Assembly: GCA_973895155.1 (NCBI GenBank)
Contig: OZ316894.1
Span: 15,616,699 to 15,680,698 of the forward strand
DNA from: Marsupella aquatica
Taxonomy: Eukaryota; Plantae; Marchantiophyta
Length of the DNA stretch: 64,000 bases
Direction of reading: 5' to 3'
In this document: piece by piece, positions 46,815 to 57,726 of the stretch
How the letters are laid out: each line of letters starts with the position of its first letter
How positions within the stretch are numbered: the first letter of the stretch is position 1
The notes under the pieces: generated by a model
What the model was told of the DNA's origin: nothing
The model's database searches: none
What the model saw: the letters and a program-made list of their open reading frames with translations, nothing else
Position numbers and translations under genes: made by a program

Positions 46815-49800
46815 TGTGATGCCTAGACAGGAATCACTCGGCCGGTTAAGTGGGTAAAGCAGGAAGGCACCCTAGGAACACCTTAGTATAGGGACAAAAC
46901 AAGGAAAATATAAACAATTAGGGGCAACCATGGAACCCGGGCCGAGGCTGGAGGTAAGGCTGAGGGTGAAAACCCGATTAGGGTTAGGGCGCGTTAAGCG
47001 TCGGCGGCTAGGAAGGATCAACGGGAAGAAGGACCGGCAGAGGAGAGGGGTAAGGAGCGCTTGCAGGAGATGGTGGCTCATTTGCGAGCACGAACTAGGC
47101 AGACGACTACGGGAGGCCAACTACTGTCAGCTGCTTAGGCAAGCACTCGGGGAGAGAGTAGATACCGACGATTGACCTAAGGAGGGTATGAGCAACGTCA
47201 ATCAAGCGGCACATTTCTGGGGATGCCTGTTCGAACGGGCAACTGAGTACATCAAGACTTACGAGGACGAGGAGTCAGAAAGGGCAGCTCGAGAACGGCA
47301 GGAGCTCACTCGATTGTGGGAGCTGCAGAAGACGGCTTTCTTAGGAGGCGAACTCATCAAGGACGAGTTCCTGTGGACGCCTACTTCCAATCAACTCGAC
47401 GATCTTCTGTTTTGCAAAGACAGCGTCGTCGGCATCCGAGAGGCCATCAAGAACTGCAACGACATACATTGGGAATTAAAGGGTAGCACGGAAAGGTGGA
47501 CCCAGGCAACGGTGCTAGGAGAAACCTCCACGGCAGCAGAGATGAAGAGGAAGGGAGCCGTCAACGATGAAGCCACCCCGGCAAAAAGAACGAGGTCGGC
47601 GGCACCAAAGAAGCCAGCCGAGCAGCAGAGCAGGAGGCAGGAAGAAGCCGAAGAGGAGGAGGTCGATCCCATCAAGGCCATTCCAACCAGGGATGACACC
47701 TGGAAGGGCTGGGCGGCAACCCTACCGGTGGAGGTGCAACTACATTTTGCACGGGAGGAGGATGCATGCTTTACGGCCATGCAGACCAAGAAGTACCAAG
47801 GCTTCATGGCCGGATCCGGCTTGGAGGCCTTTGTAAGATTACCATGGCTGAAGCCGGAGGTACCGGAGTCAGACCTATTAGAATTCGTGGGGTCATGGGA
47901 ACCCGAGACCAATTGCACGAGGATATATGGGAAGGATTTCTATCTTACTCCCAAGGTAATTGCCAAAGTGTTTGGCCTGCCGATAGGCAATAAGACCAAA
48001 GTTGATACCAGGAAGACCTTGCCTGACAAGGAGTTCCGGTCGTTCCCCGGGCCATCAACGAAGAATGGCTTCTTCCGGAACACCTGCACCAACCCGCACA
48101 TAGGAGAGATGATCAACTTCTTGCGGGTGACCATGCATTGTAACTTGCCGAGGGCAGAGATCGGCAAGGCACAGGTCTATCTGGCAGAAAGGCCAGACCC
48201 AAGCCGGGACTACAATGGGTACCTCCTCAACCAATTGAAGAAGATCTTAAAGGAGGAGCAGCAGGTAATCGGCATGGGGAGCGTGTCGCGGCTGGGCTAT
48301 CACATGCCGCTGTTGTGCCGGTATGCCAGAGGTCAGACTTTTGCCCCGGTACTTCCCCTGCAGGTAAGGGCACCCGAGGAAGCTCCAACGCCGAGGCCGT
48401 TGGCTGAGAAGCCTCAACCACCTGTTAGTCCTACGATCGAGCAGGTGTTTAGGCCCAGGAAGGAAGACTTGCCGATGCAGCAACCAGGCATGCAGAGTCT
48501 GCTGAAACTACTGGAGAAAGAAAAGAAATCGGCATCGGCAACAACAACGGCAACGGCAACAATGCAGGACACTACTACAGAGGTAGGCCTACACCGGCTC
48601 ACAAGAGAAAACCCCTTTGCTGGAGACAAGGAGAGAATCAGGCCGGAATCCAAGCCAGGTGTTCGAATGTACGTGGGAACCTCAAGCTCCGAATCTGAGG
48701 CATAATTGCCTGAAGCTCCTACCGACGAAGAGGAGAGGGAGAAGCCGGACGTCCAAGAGGTAGAGGAGGCAGTGGAGGACTGCAGCCATGATAATTCCGG
48801 CTATGGGTCGGACCATCACGTTCCAGGAGTAAGGACCTGTGGCCGGTTTGTCCCCACACTTCCAAGGGTAGTGCGAGGGGACCCCAACCAGCAGAGTAGC
48901 CCTGAGTCTCCCCCACCAGATGTTGCTCCCCCGAGCTTCGACGGCATAAAACAGACGGTGCAGGAATTTCAGGAGCGAATCAAGCAGGAGGAGGAGGCCG
49001 CCCTGGCTAAGGAAAAGGATTTACCAGGAGGAGATTGGCCGGAGGACATCAGGCAGCTAGCCAAAAAAGGAAGCAAACCTCTAGCCACGATTGAAGAGAT
49101 CCGCAGGACGGCTTGGGAGCAGAGGCCGCGATGGGCGATGCCGATCACTTCTACTTACTCCACCTACGCTAAGAATAGAGCCATGGAGTATGATGAGATG
49201 TGTGGGGAACTTGCGCTCGGCATCTTTGGAGAGGAGTTGGAGGTAGGACCCTTTTTCCATAGGGAGCAGTTGGAGAAGCACCAATTAGAAGAAGCGGTGG
49301 CTTTAGAGAGAAGCAAGAAGGACGAGGTCATTCGGTGGCTTAGGAGGATGGAAGCCGAGATTGAAGATCTAAGGGCGGCCAAGAAAGCCCAAGATGAACT
49401 ACGGATTAAACGACATGAGCTGAACATCATGTAGGGGCAGTTGGACACCGCGCAGGCTGATAATCAGAATATCAAGGATAAACTGACTCAGACGCAGGAA
49501 GAGTTGGCCGACACGATCAAAGAGAGGGAGAAGTGGAAGCAAGAGCTGAAGAATAGAGAGGAGGCCCACATAACAGCCAACAGCCGGGCCATGGCGGAGA
49601 CCCAAAGAAAGGAATGGGCGTTGAAAGGGGAGCTCGAGAAAATCCGCGGAGCCCTTGAGCAGAAGGAGGCCGAGTTAGGGAAATCCTATCAAGGGATTAT
49701 GGCGCTGCAGCAGGAGCTTGCGTCCCTGACGGCCAGCTTCAAGGCCGACCTAAGGGAGAAGGACGAGATGCTCGAACAGACTTACGCCAAGATGAACCAG

Positions 49801-51483
49801 ATGGAGTCTGTCATCATTGCAGAGCTCGACAAGGAGCTAAAAGCAACCCAGGAGGAGAGGACTACCTTGAAACAAGAACGGGAGGAAGCCCAGAAGGAAC
49901 TAGAGGAGGCACGCAAGGACCTGGATGAGACCCAGGAGGAGTTGGAGGAAATCACGAGGAAGATGGAGAACCTCCAGCGGCGGGCCGACAACCAAACGGA
50001 GCGGCTGAAGAAACAAGCCGCAGTATTTAGGTGCTTGTCTTCATCAGGCCCAACTCCAATTGGGGCAACCAAGTTACCAGGAGTGGTACTGGCCGAAGAA
50101 AAAGCCGCGCCAACTGCACCAGTGCCGGAGGTAAGTGGGAAGGGGAAGGGACCAGCTGCCGAACCAGAAAAGAAGAAAAAGCGGAAACCTTCAGGGTCAA
50201 GGAGTAATCCGACTCCACAAGCCGTGGTGACCAAAGAGGTAGAACCAGCACCATCCTCCGACATGAATACGGCAATAGATCCCGCTATGATCACAGGTAG
50301 GGATGGTGCGGCCCAAGCCGAACTACTCAGTAAGGAGGCCAGTATTCCAGATCCGCCTCTTGAGCAGGCCGGGGAGACCGTAGCCGAGGCTGAGGCCGTA
50401 ACCGATTCTCGAGCCGATGCCGACGCCGATGGTGGACCCAGTCAGGCCGATGGAGAGTTGACTCAGTCAAGGGCAGGTAATCTGTCAGGGAATGAGCCTA
50501 CGGCAGTGGCTGAGGAGGAAGCGTTGGGGGCGTCCATTAAGGATCCACCACCGGTGTCGTGACGGTGCAAGGGCGCCGTTCCTTTTAGGGAGGGCGGACG
50601 TGGAGGGAGGAGGCGTGAGTGGGCAGGGCGGGCGCGGATCTCCACGTTTAGGATTAGGATCAGAACCAGGAGCGGCCCTGACACTTAGCTTAGTGGGATT
50701 GCGGTCCCACTGGTAGGAGCAACACTTGTGCTCCTGCCTTGCTGTACATAGGTAGATTCGGGCAAGTAGATTACTGTTAAGTAGATTAGGCTTACGATGC
50801 AAAGAATGGCGGATCCACTACCAGGATAAGTACCTGGGCAACGGGGAGCTCAGGGCCTCTTCTTTAGCAAGTTTTTAGTTTGCACCAGCCGGGCTGGGAT
50901 CAAGTAGTACGAGAAGCTCTCGGTTAGTCATACAGTGACCCTTGTGTATATTCATGTTTCCTCATGCCTAAGAGCTGAATAGAGTTGGCCTCACGGCTTA
51001 GTTCGCAGAACTTGTGTATGAGATGTACTGTTTGTATGGCAAGTGCATGGTATGACTCAGTCAGAATGAGTCATTTTGCTATTTGTGTGTCGCATTAACT
51101 TGTGTGAAGAGTGCCCACATCAACAGAAGGAAGGAAAGTAAGCAGGGGAGTGAGAGTTGGATGTGTCGAGCTAAGAGAGGTCTTAGCGGCTTAACCAAGC
51201 CTATTGGGGATCATTCCGGCGGCGGAATCCAAACATACCTAACAAGACGGAGGGGAAGACAGGGGAAGACAGGGGAAGGCCTATATTAGGCCGGCTACGT
51301 ATCTCATGACCCGATGAAGGATCTGTCCAGTATATGTGTGTAAAATGTTAATAGTAGTAGTAGAAGGTTAGCAGCGTCCCATGCCGCTAAGCCGCGGAAA
51401 CGGCCTCGCCAAGCACAAAACCTGCGGGAATCGGCTTGAGCTGGGGGGTTTCTTGGGTTTAGGGAGCCATGGGACGCACCACA
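46815..51483 (+). mobile_element. Family-B element copy B3, full length (4669 bp)
   Basis: TGTGATGCCTAG..GGGACGCACCACA. Left flank GGGAC, right flank GTTTG (swapped by the inversion). Confidence 0.93.
46930..50562 (+). pseudogene. B3 ORF (~1210 codons; stops at 47173, 48703, 49432): Athila-ORF/plant-transposon-protein-like domain plus long coiled coil
   Basis: One reading frame. LLEFVGSW..RIYGKDFYLTPKVIAKVFGLP motif, E/K/L-rich heptads, KKKKRKP basic patch. The stop positions are sense codons in B1 or B5. Confidence 0.8.
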
Positions 51484-51874
51484 GTTTGCGATATTAAACG
51501 TATGGTAGTTATGCCATGAAGCTCGCTTCGCATTTGTGTGAAATTATGTGGTTTGCGTAATGTTTGCGATACCTTCAGTATGGTAAATATGCAATTTGGG
51601 TTGTTCACATAGGTTTCGCAAGCTGTCTTGAGACTAGGGTTTAGATTTAGAGTTTTGAATTATGGTTGGGGTCTTGTTGTCCAACACGGAGAATGAGGTT
51701 TGAATCAAAATTGCTTTATAGAAAATTGATAGGTACACAAAAATTAGGGTTTCCTAAACCCTAAACCCTAGATGGGTGTCATATGACAAGCTAGGTCCCT
51801 ATAAGACTACCCATATCAAAACTATAGACTACACTAAGTAAATGGGCATCCCATGGGCACTACACCACCAAGCT

Positions 51875-53839
51875 CTAGAATGGGGTCCTCCTACTCCTTG
51901 TCGCCGGCCTCTTCCCCTTGTCCCTCTTGCGACGATCCGGATGTGGCATAGGAGGTGGTGTTGGATGCTCCTCCACATCTGGTTCCTCCTCGTCCTCCTC
52001 CTCATCCTCTTCCTCCCCCTCTTGCGGGGAAATGCCTCCTACTGGTCTAGATCCACTACTACCTCCTACCTTGGGACCCTTTGTCGTGGTCCCCTCATTG
52101 TTCTCATCGGTGCTGCTGGTATCACTGGCATCCTTATCATCCTGTTTGCACAACACAACGCCAAATTGGTTTAGGTTTACAGAATGAAAAGATAAGTGGG
52201 TTGGGTGGGAAAAACTGAAGGGGATACATGCACTTACAGTCGCCAACTCTGCGTCAACCAAGTCAAAGAGATGTTTGGCTCCATGCGTAGCTCCTATCTC
52301 CATCTCTTTTGCTGTTATCTTCCTGTGGTACCTCTTATACTACCACAACCAAACATTCCAAAACCAAAATCGATCGGGGTTAATATGCCATAAACCCAAG
52401 AAAAATGCATGGAGGTGCTAATAGGGTGCTCCCTAACACAAAACTGGGCTCAATAACCCTTAACGGTATTTTTTAAACATAATACACACTTGCGAAACTC
52501 CCCGCTTCGCAAATTCAAATAAATTGGCTGTTTGCGAAGTAGTTTGCGAAGTGGGTAAGTTCGCAATAGCTTCGCATCTACAACTTTAAAAAATGCCATG
52601 ATAGACTTTGCAAAACATTTGCAAAGCAACCTGCATCGCTAAATCTCCGCACACTCTGTTTTTAAAAAATTCCGAGAAATCTTTAAGGCACGCAATGTGT
52701 CAGGGTGACCTAAAGTACAAGGCAAGCCGTAAGAAAGAAAGAAGAGGTATGCAGGGGGGCATTGCAGGTTTGGATAGCAATTGAAAGCAAGGAAACAGAA
52801 GCAGGGGAGGAGAGGGCCCACTCACAAAGTGTGCTTTGAGGCCGGGAAGTCCACCTTGGCCCATCTTGTGCGTGGTCTTGGGCCGTTTGCTGACTCGCTC
52901 AACTGCAAGGATGAATTTTTGGGGTGGTGTCCCCACTTCATCCACAATGTGCTGCATGTGAGACACCTTCTCAGCCATTGCCTTGAGGTCTCGGTCGGAC
53001 TTCCCGGCCTTCTGTGCCTTGGCTTCCATCTCCTTCCAGAAGAGAAGGTTCCTGGCAGCTCTCATCTGCACCTCCACTTTGTAAAAGGCATTCCACACGT
53101 CCTCAGTGAATTGCAGTGGCCTCCTCACGTTTCTGTACTCCTCCAAGTTTGCCAGGTAGGCCCTTACCTTCTTCCTATCATGGTACCGTGCTTGAGACAT
53201 TGAATTGGAAATTCTATCTGCAAGCCACTATTCATCAATCTCTGCTCCATTTCGAAATGAATCTTTGATTTGACTCATTACTTTCCTCTGGTCTGCCTTG
53301 CTGAGGTTCCCCCACTCAACTCCTTGTGCAAAATTGGAGCGCACCATAAGCCTGATAGTGCTCTTTGCCCCGGTGTAGGCCAGTTCAATAGGAATGCCTT
53401 CGATCAAGGCAATCATAGGCAACTTCTTCCTCTCTTCCTCCTTCTTTCGTTGCCCCTCCCGCTGTGCTCTTATCTCATCTCGTTCCTCTCTCCTCCTCTT
53501 CTTTTCTCGGGCAGCAGGTGAGACTACTCCTGCCTTGGCCCTCTCCTCCTTCTTACGCTTCTTCTCTCTTGCCTTATGTTGAGCTGCACTCCTTTTCTCC
53601 TCCTCCCTTGCAATGTTCCCTGCAGCTACTCCCGTTTGCAAGGCTTGCCCTAGGATTGCACTCAAAGAAGCAATCCCTGCTGGTCTAGTCAAATCTAAGC
53701 GGCTCAATTGTGCTGCATTGAGGTGCTCAGCCATCAAATCGGTCCATCGATTCCTCTCCTGCTCCCCATTGCCTTCATTCCCATTGCCACTATCACTCAC
53801 CCCTGCCCCATCACCTCCATTTGCTCCACTGGAATCCAT
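51875..53839 (-). pseudogene. TnpA-like gene of E1 (stop at 53228, introns)
   Basis: VEWGNLSKADQRKVMSQIKDSF..RPLQFTEDVWNAF..HKMGQGG. Ends RRTPF*, like the E2 paralogue (RNTPF*). Confidence 0.65.
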
Positions 53840-55131
53840 AGCTAAGCCACCCCCCGAGCACGCTCGAGCTCCCTTCTCCCTCCCTACACTTGAAATTTGT
53901 CAAATGCCGCTGAGTACGTCGCGACGGAGTTCTAAAGTACAAGCAGGAAAGACTTGCGATGCAACCCGTTTTGCAATTTGCGATCCTTCTCGTTTCGCAT
54001 GTAGTTTCTCAATTTTGCGAAACCATTGCAACGTGAAAGGCTTCGCAACACCTTCGCTCTCTTGCAGAATTGCTCGCGGGCTCTGTTTTTCTGAAGGTCG
54101 TGTGAAAGCAGACGCTTCGCAAAACTCAATTCTAATTTGTGATGGTATTTGCAAAGGAAGTGGCTTCGCAAGACATTGGCAACTCGTCCTGGGGGGAATG
54201 TTGGTTTCATTTGAAAGGGTTTTTTTCAAAGGTAAAGTGGACTCCTCTATACTCATATTTGGAATGCTTTTTGGCCATGTTTTGGGTGCTAGATAATACT
54301 TGAAGGCGGGTTTGAAGGGTTAGGCAGATTTCAGGTTAATGGGTTATGTATGGTGTTGGTTTAGGCTAAGGTTTGGGTTTACATTAGTTTAGAAGAAATA
54401 ATAAAGGTGTGGGATTTGGTTTACAAGAAATAAGTAAGGTTTGGGTTTTAGGGTTTGGGGTTTTTAAATAGAAAGGTCTCTAGGGTTGAAGAAAGGTTTG
54501 GGTTTGTGTGTAAGTCAGATTTAGGTTTAATAGGTAGGATGCAGTTTGGGGTTGAAGGTTTGGATAAGACAAAGCAAGGTTTCATGAGATTTATATTGCA
54601 GCCTTTTGGGTTTAAGAGAGGTTCATTGGGTTTATGAATCAAAAAGGGATTGACATGGGTTTTGCTAACAAAGGAGGGGAATATATGATAGCTTGCAGGG
54701 TGCGGCACTTTTTGATGATTTGATACTAATGCATATGCATTGTGAGAGCCCGGGCATCTGAAAGGTAAACATTGCATGATCGGCTCAAGTGTTCCTTTCA
54801 TGTACTTAACACTTTTGGTTGCCACTATGTATAAAGGGGACATGTATACAGGGTTTTTTGTTCTTGTCTAGTCCATATTATTGTGCTTACATATACATGG
54901 AATGCTTGCAGCTTTTCCCTCATACTTTCAGATTGGGTTCATTAATTATCTTAGAGCCACAAGACCTATTGGCACTGCTGAGCCCGGGTCTCATAAAGGT
55001 ACCTTTTTTATTGCTATGGTCATTTTGGTTTGGGTTTCTTGTCATCATTATTTGGGAACTTTGATTTATATCATTTTGTGGTATGTTTTGGTCATAACAT
55101 GCCATTTTAATTATATCTTGTTATAGGGGAC

Positions 55132-56287
55132 ATGTCTTCATCTTCTGAAATCTCCACCATAGACTCGTCCTCCTCTGATGAAGATACACCACCTCCACCT
55201 CAACATCACACGACCACACCTCCTCCTTGCGGTCCACCCCGTCAACTTTGTGAATGTTCCAGATGTGTGGGTCAGGTCTCCCAAAAATCTTACATCTGTG
55301 CCCAACATATTGAGAGATATGGGCGTTGTGGACGTCATCCGGCAGGGGCTTCTTCATCTCATATGGTAAGTGTTATGCCTTAGTTTTCCTACCCTATTCC
55401 CATTACTCAATGGTTGAAGGTTTTTAATTTCACACCTACTTTTGTTTGTTTTGGTTTTGGTGGAATAGGTATCCAATAGGCCTAGACCTGCGGCACAAGC
55501 ACCCTATGTCCCATCACAAGGTGTTCTAGATGCTATAGGCAATGCATTCTCACAAGCCTTGGGTCTAGCGGCAAGGCCCACCAGTCCTAGGGAAGTTGGG
55601 GTTGAGGCTATTGTCCCAAGAGGGAGAAAGCATTCCAAGAGGTGGGGCCGAGGGGATACTGATTTGTACAAGGCAGTGGTTACGGGTAGGTGGGGTGATT
55701 GTGAGTTCACTGGCAGATGTGTCCCTATCATCAAGGACTGGGATCCTGAGACTCTTGGTTTGCCACAACAGCTTTCCTACGGCCAGTGAGGAGGTAGAGG
55801 TTTGGGTAGACGTTGGGTTATCAAACCTTCCACACTTGGGGATAGACATGGCTATGGAGTTTTTGCCTGTGAGGACATCATTGTGGACGCCAAGAGTGGT
55901 AGAGGTGGACGCGGCCGAGAGGGGCCTACTTTGTTTCCTTATGGTGGACCCATCTACAAGAGAAGACATTGGAACATGATCCTTGCACAACACCCTGAGT
56001 GGAAGACTTATGCATTGGACATGGATACTTTTGATGGAAACACTAGAAGGTATAGTGAGTAGCGTGTCATAGATGGGGACCCCATACGGACTGGGAATAT
56101 TGTTGGTTTCATAAACAGTACCGTGGGGACTCGCCCTAAGCGTAGGCAAAATTGTGAGTGGGTTTTCATTGAGGATCCTCCGCCAGCACCTTATGGCCAG
56201 ACATATCATCATGACCATTGCCTAGTTGTAGCAATGAGGACCATTAACTCAGGGGATGAGTTATTTACTAACTATGAGTGGGATTAG
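55132..56287 (+). pseudogene. SET-domain gene of E1 (exon 1 55132-55365, SET exon from ~55469; stops at 55787 and 56060)
   Basis: CECSRC..HIERYG, then WVIKPSTLGDRHGYGVFACEDI..IDGDPIRTGNIVGFINST..NCEW..VVAMRTINSGDELFTNYEWD*. Confidence 0.85.
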
Positions 56288-56347
56288 GGTTAAGTTAAGG
56301 GTCATAGGTGGTATGTTGCATATCAAATGACACTACATATGGCCTTT

Positions 56348-57721
56348 CACTAGTACATTTTCGGGCCTTTATTCGATAGGATTTACATCGGATCCCTTCA
56401 GGAAAATTGACGCAAAAATTTCTATCATCCGATGCAATTCCCAACGCACTTTACGATGCGTAAACCATCACATATCGACCATCAAACTTCCATCGGACTT
56501 TCCGATATTTTGGACAATGGACGTTCCGTTGTAACGTGTTACGGATATTTTATGTCCGATGTAAAATGAATTGGATAACTAACACGCGATGGCACACGAC
56601 GATTTCCTATGTCCGATACTATTTAAATCGGGATGTCCAATATATTTGATATGGCAATTTGCAAAGTAATTTTTATTGGACATTGCGTTATTTATAATAA
56701 CGGAAAGTGCGTTAGTTTTTGTATCGGACTATCCAATATATTTAAGATGGGAACCTTGAAGGAGGGGTCCGATGCGTTGGGGATGGGAAAGTTCGAAGGC
56801 AACAGCATCGGACACTGCTATATTACCGATACGGATGGTAACGGACTTGCAACGGATTATCAAATGTTCTGGGGGTGGAATACAGGGTTTCATGGGTGGT
56901 TTTTTGGGGGTTTGGGTATTGGTTTAGGGTTGAAGGTGACATACACCAATTAGGAACCAAAGATAATGCTATAAACACGAGGTCAAAATATCATATTCAA
57001 AAAGGGGATCACCCCAATATGTACAAAATGGATTAGGCCTACTGGGTAGACCCATCCTGGTCGTGATGGCACGATAGAAGATGTAAAGAGAGCTTTGACT
57101 AGAGACTACACTGAGCTATATACAAGGTCCCTCCTAGTGAGTGTCTAATCAAAGCTGTCTAGCACTAGATACCCGGCCACCTAAATGCAACTAACCTCTA
57201 AAATGGTGTGTTGCGTCCCTTCTTCTTCTTTGGGCGAGAACGAAGGGTGGGTACAGGTCTAGCATCATGAGAGCCCTCCTCCCTCTGGCTGCCCACAACC
57301 GTGGCAGCCACCTGCTCACCAGATGGCATGGGTTGGCCTGATGTAGGCCTAGACCCTGACCCACTAGATGCACCGCTAGGGTGGTCAGGCAAGGTAGATG
57401 TCCCACCAACCCCCGACATGGCAGAGTGAAAGGACGCCTCAGCTCCTCCTGTAGACCTGCTAGAGTGATGGGATGGTGCGCCGACAGATCCTGTGGGTGG
57501 CCCATGTCGTGCTGTACTCCCACCAGACTCACGAGATGGTGTGCGCCCTCCAGATCCACCATCGGGCACGTCGCCACTACCTCGTCGGGAAGGGCCACCT
57601 GCACCAGATACTCCTACGCGATCGCCTTGTCCCATGCCATCACCTCTACTACCCCCTGAGTGCCTGGGCCCCGCACCCCGTGATGCTCCAGAGCGATGGG
57701 AGCCCACACCATCAGCAGCAT
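56348..57721 (-). mobile_element. Right end of CACTA E2 (inverted), including the last tnpA-like exon 57198-57721
   Basis: CACTAGTACATTTT at 56348 preceded by TTT (reverse complement AAA); TCCGAT/ATCGGA subterminal repeats. Confidence 0.88.
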
Positions 57722-57726
57722 GTGAC

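Larger units (their letters stand above)
51484..56344. mobile_element. Distal part of CACTA E1 (inverted): subterminal repeats, tnpA-like gene and SET gene
   Basis: TTGCGA/TTCGCA clusters; gene order mirrors E2; joins 35193 through the AAA/TTT TSD of E2. Confidence 0.8.

Noticed and set aside
51040-51330. Hammerhead ribozyme (retrozyme-like) in family B
   Set aside because: CTGACTGA and CCGATGA look-alikes exist, but there is no correctly placed CUGANGA..GAAA core with three stems.
54310-54560. Telomere-like TTTAGGG/GGGTTT tracts
   Set aside because: Scattered and degenerate, as in plant TE promoters (telo-box-like); not a tandem telomeric array.
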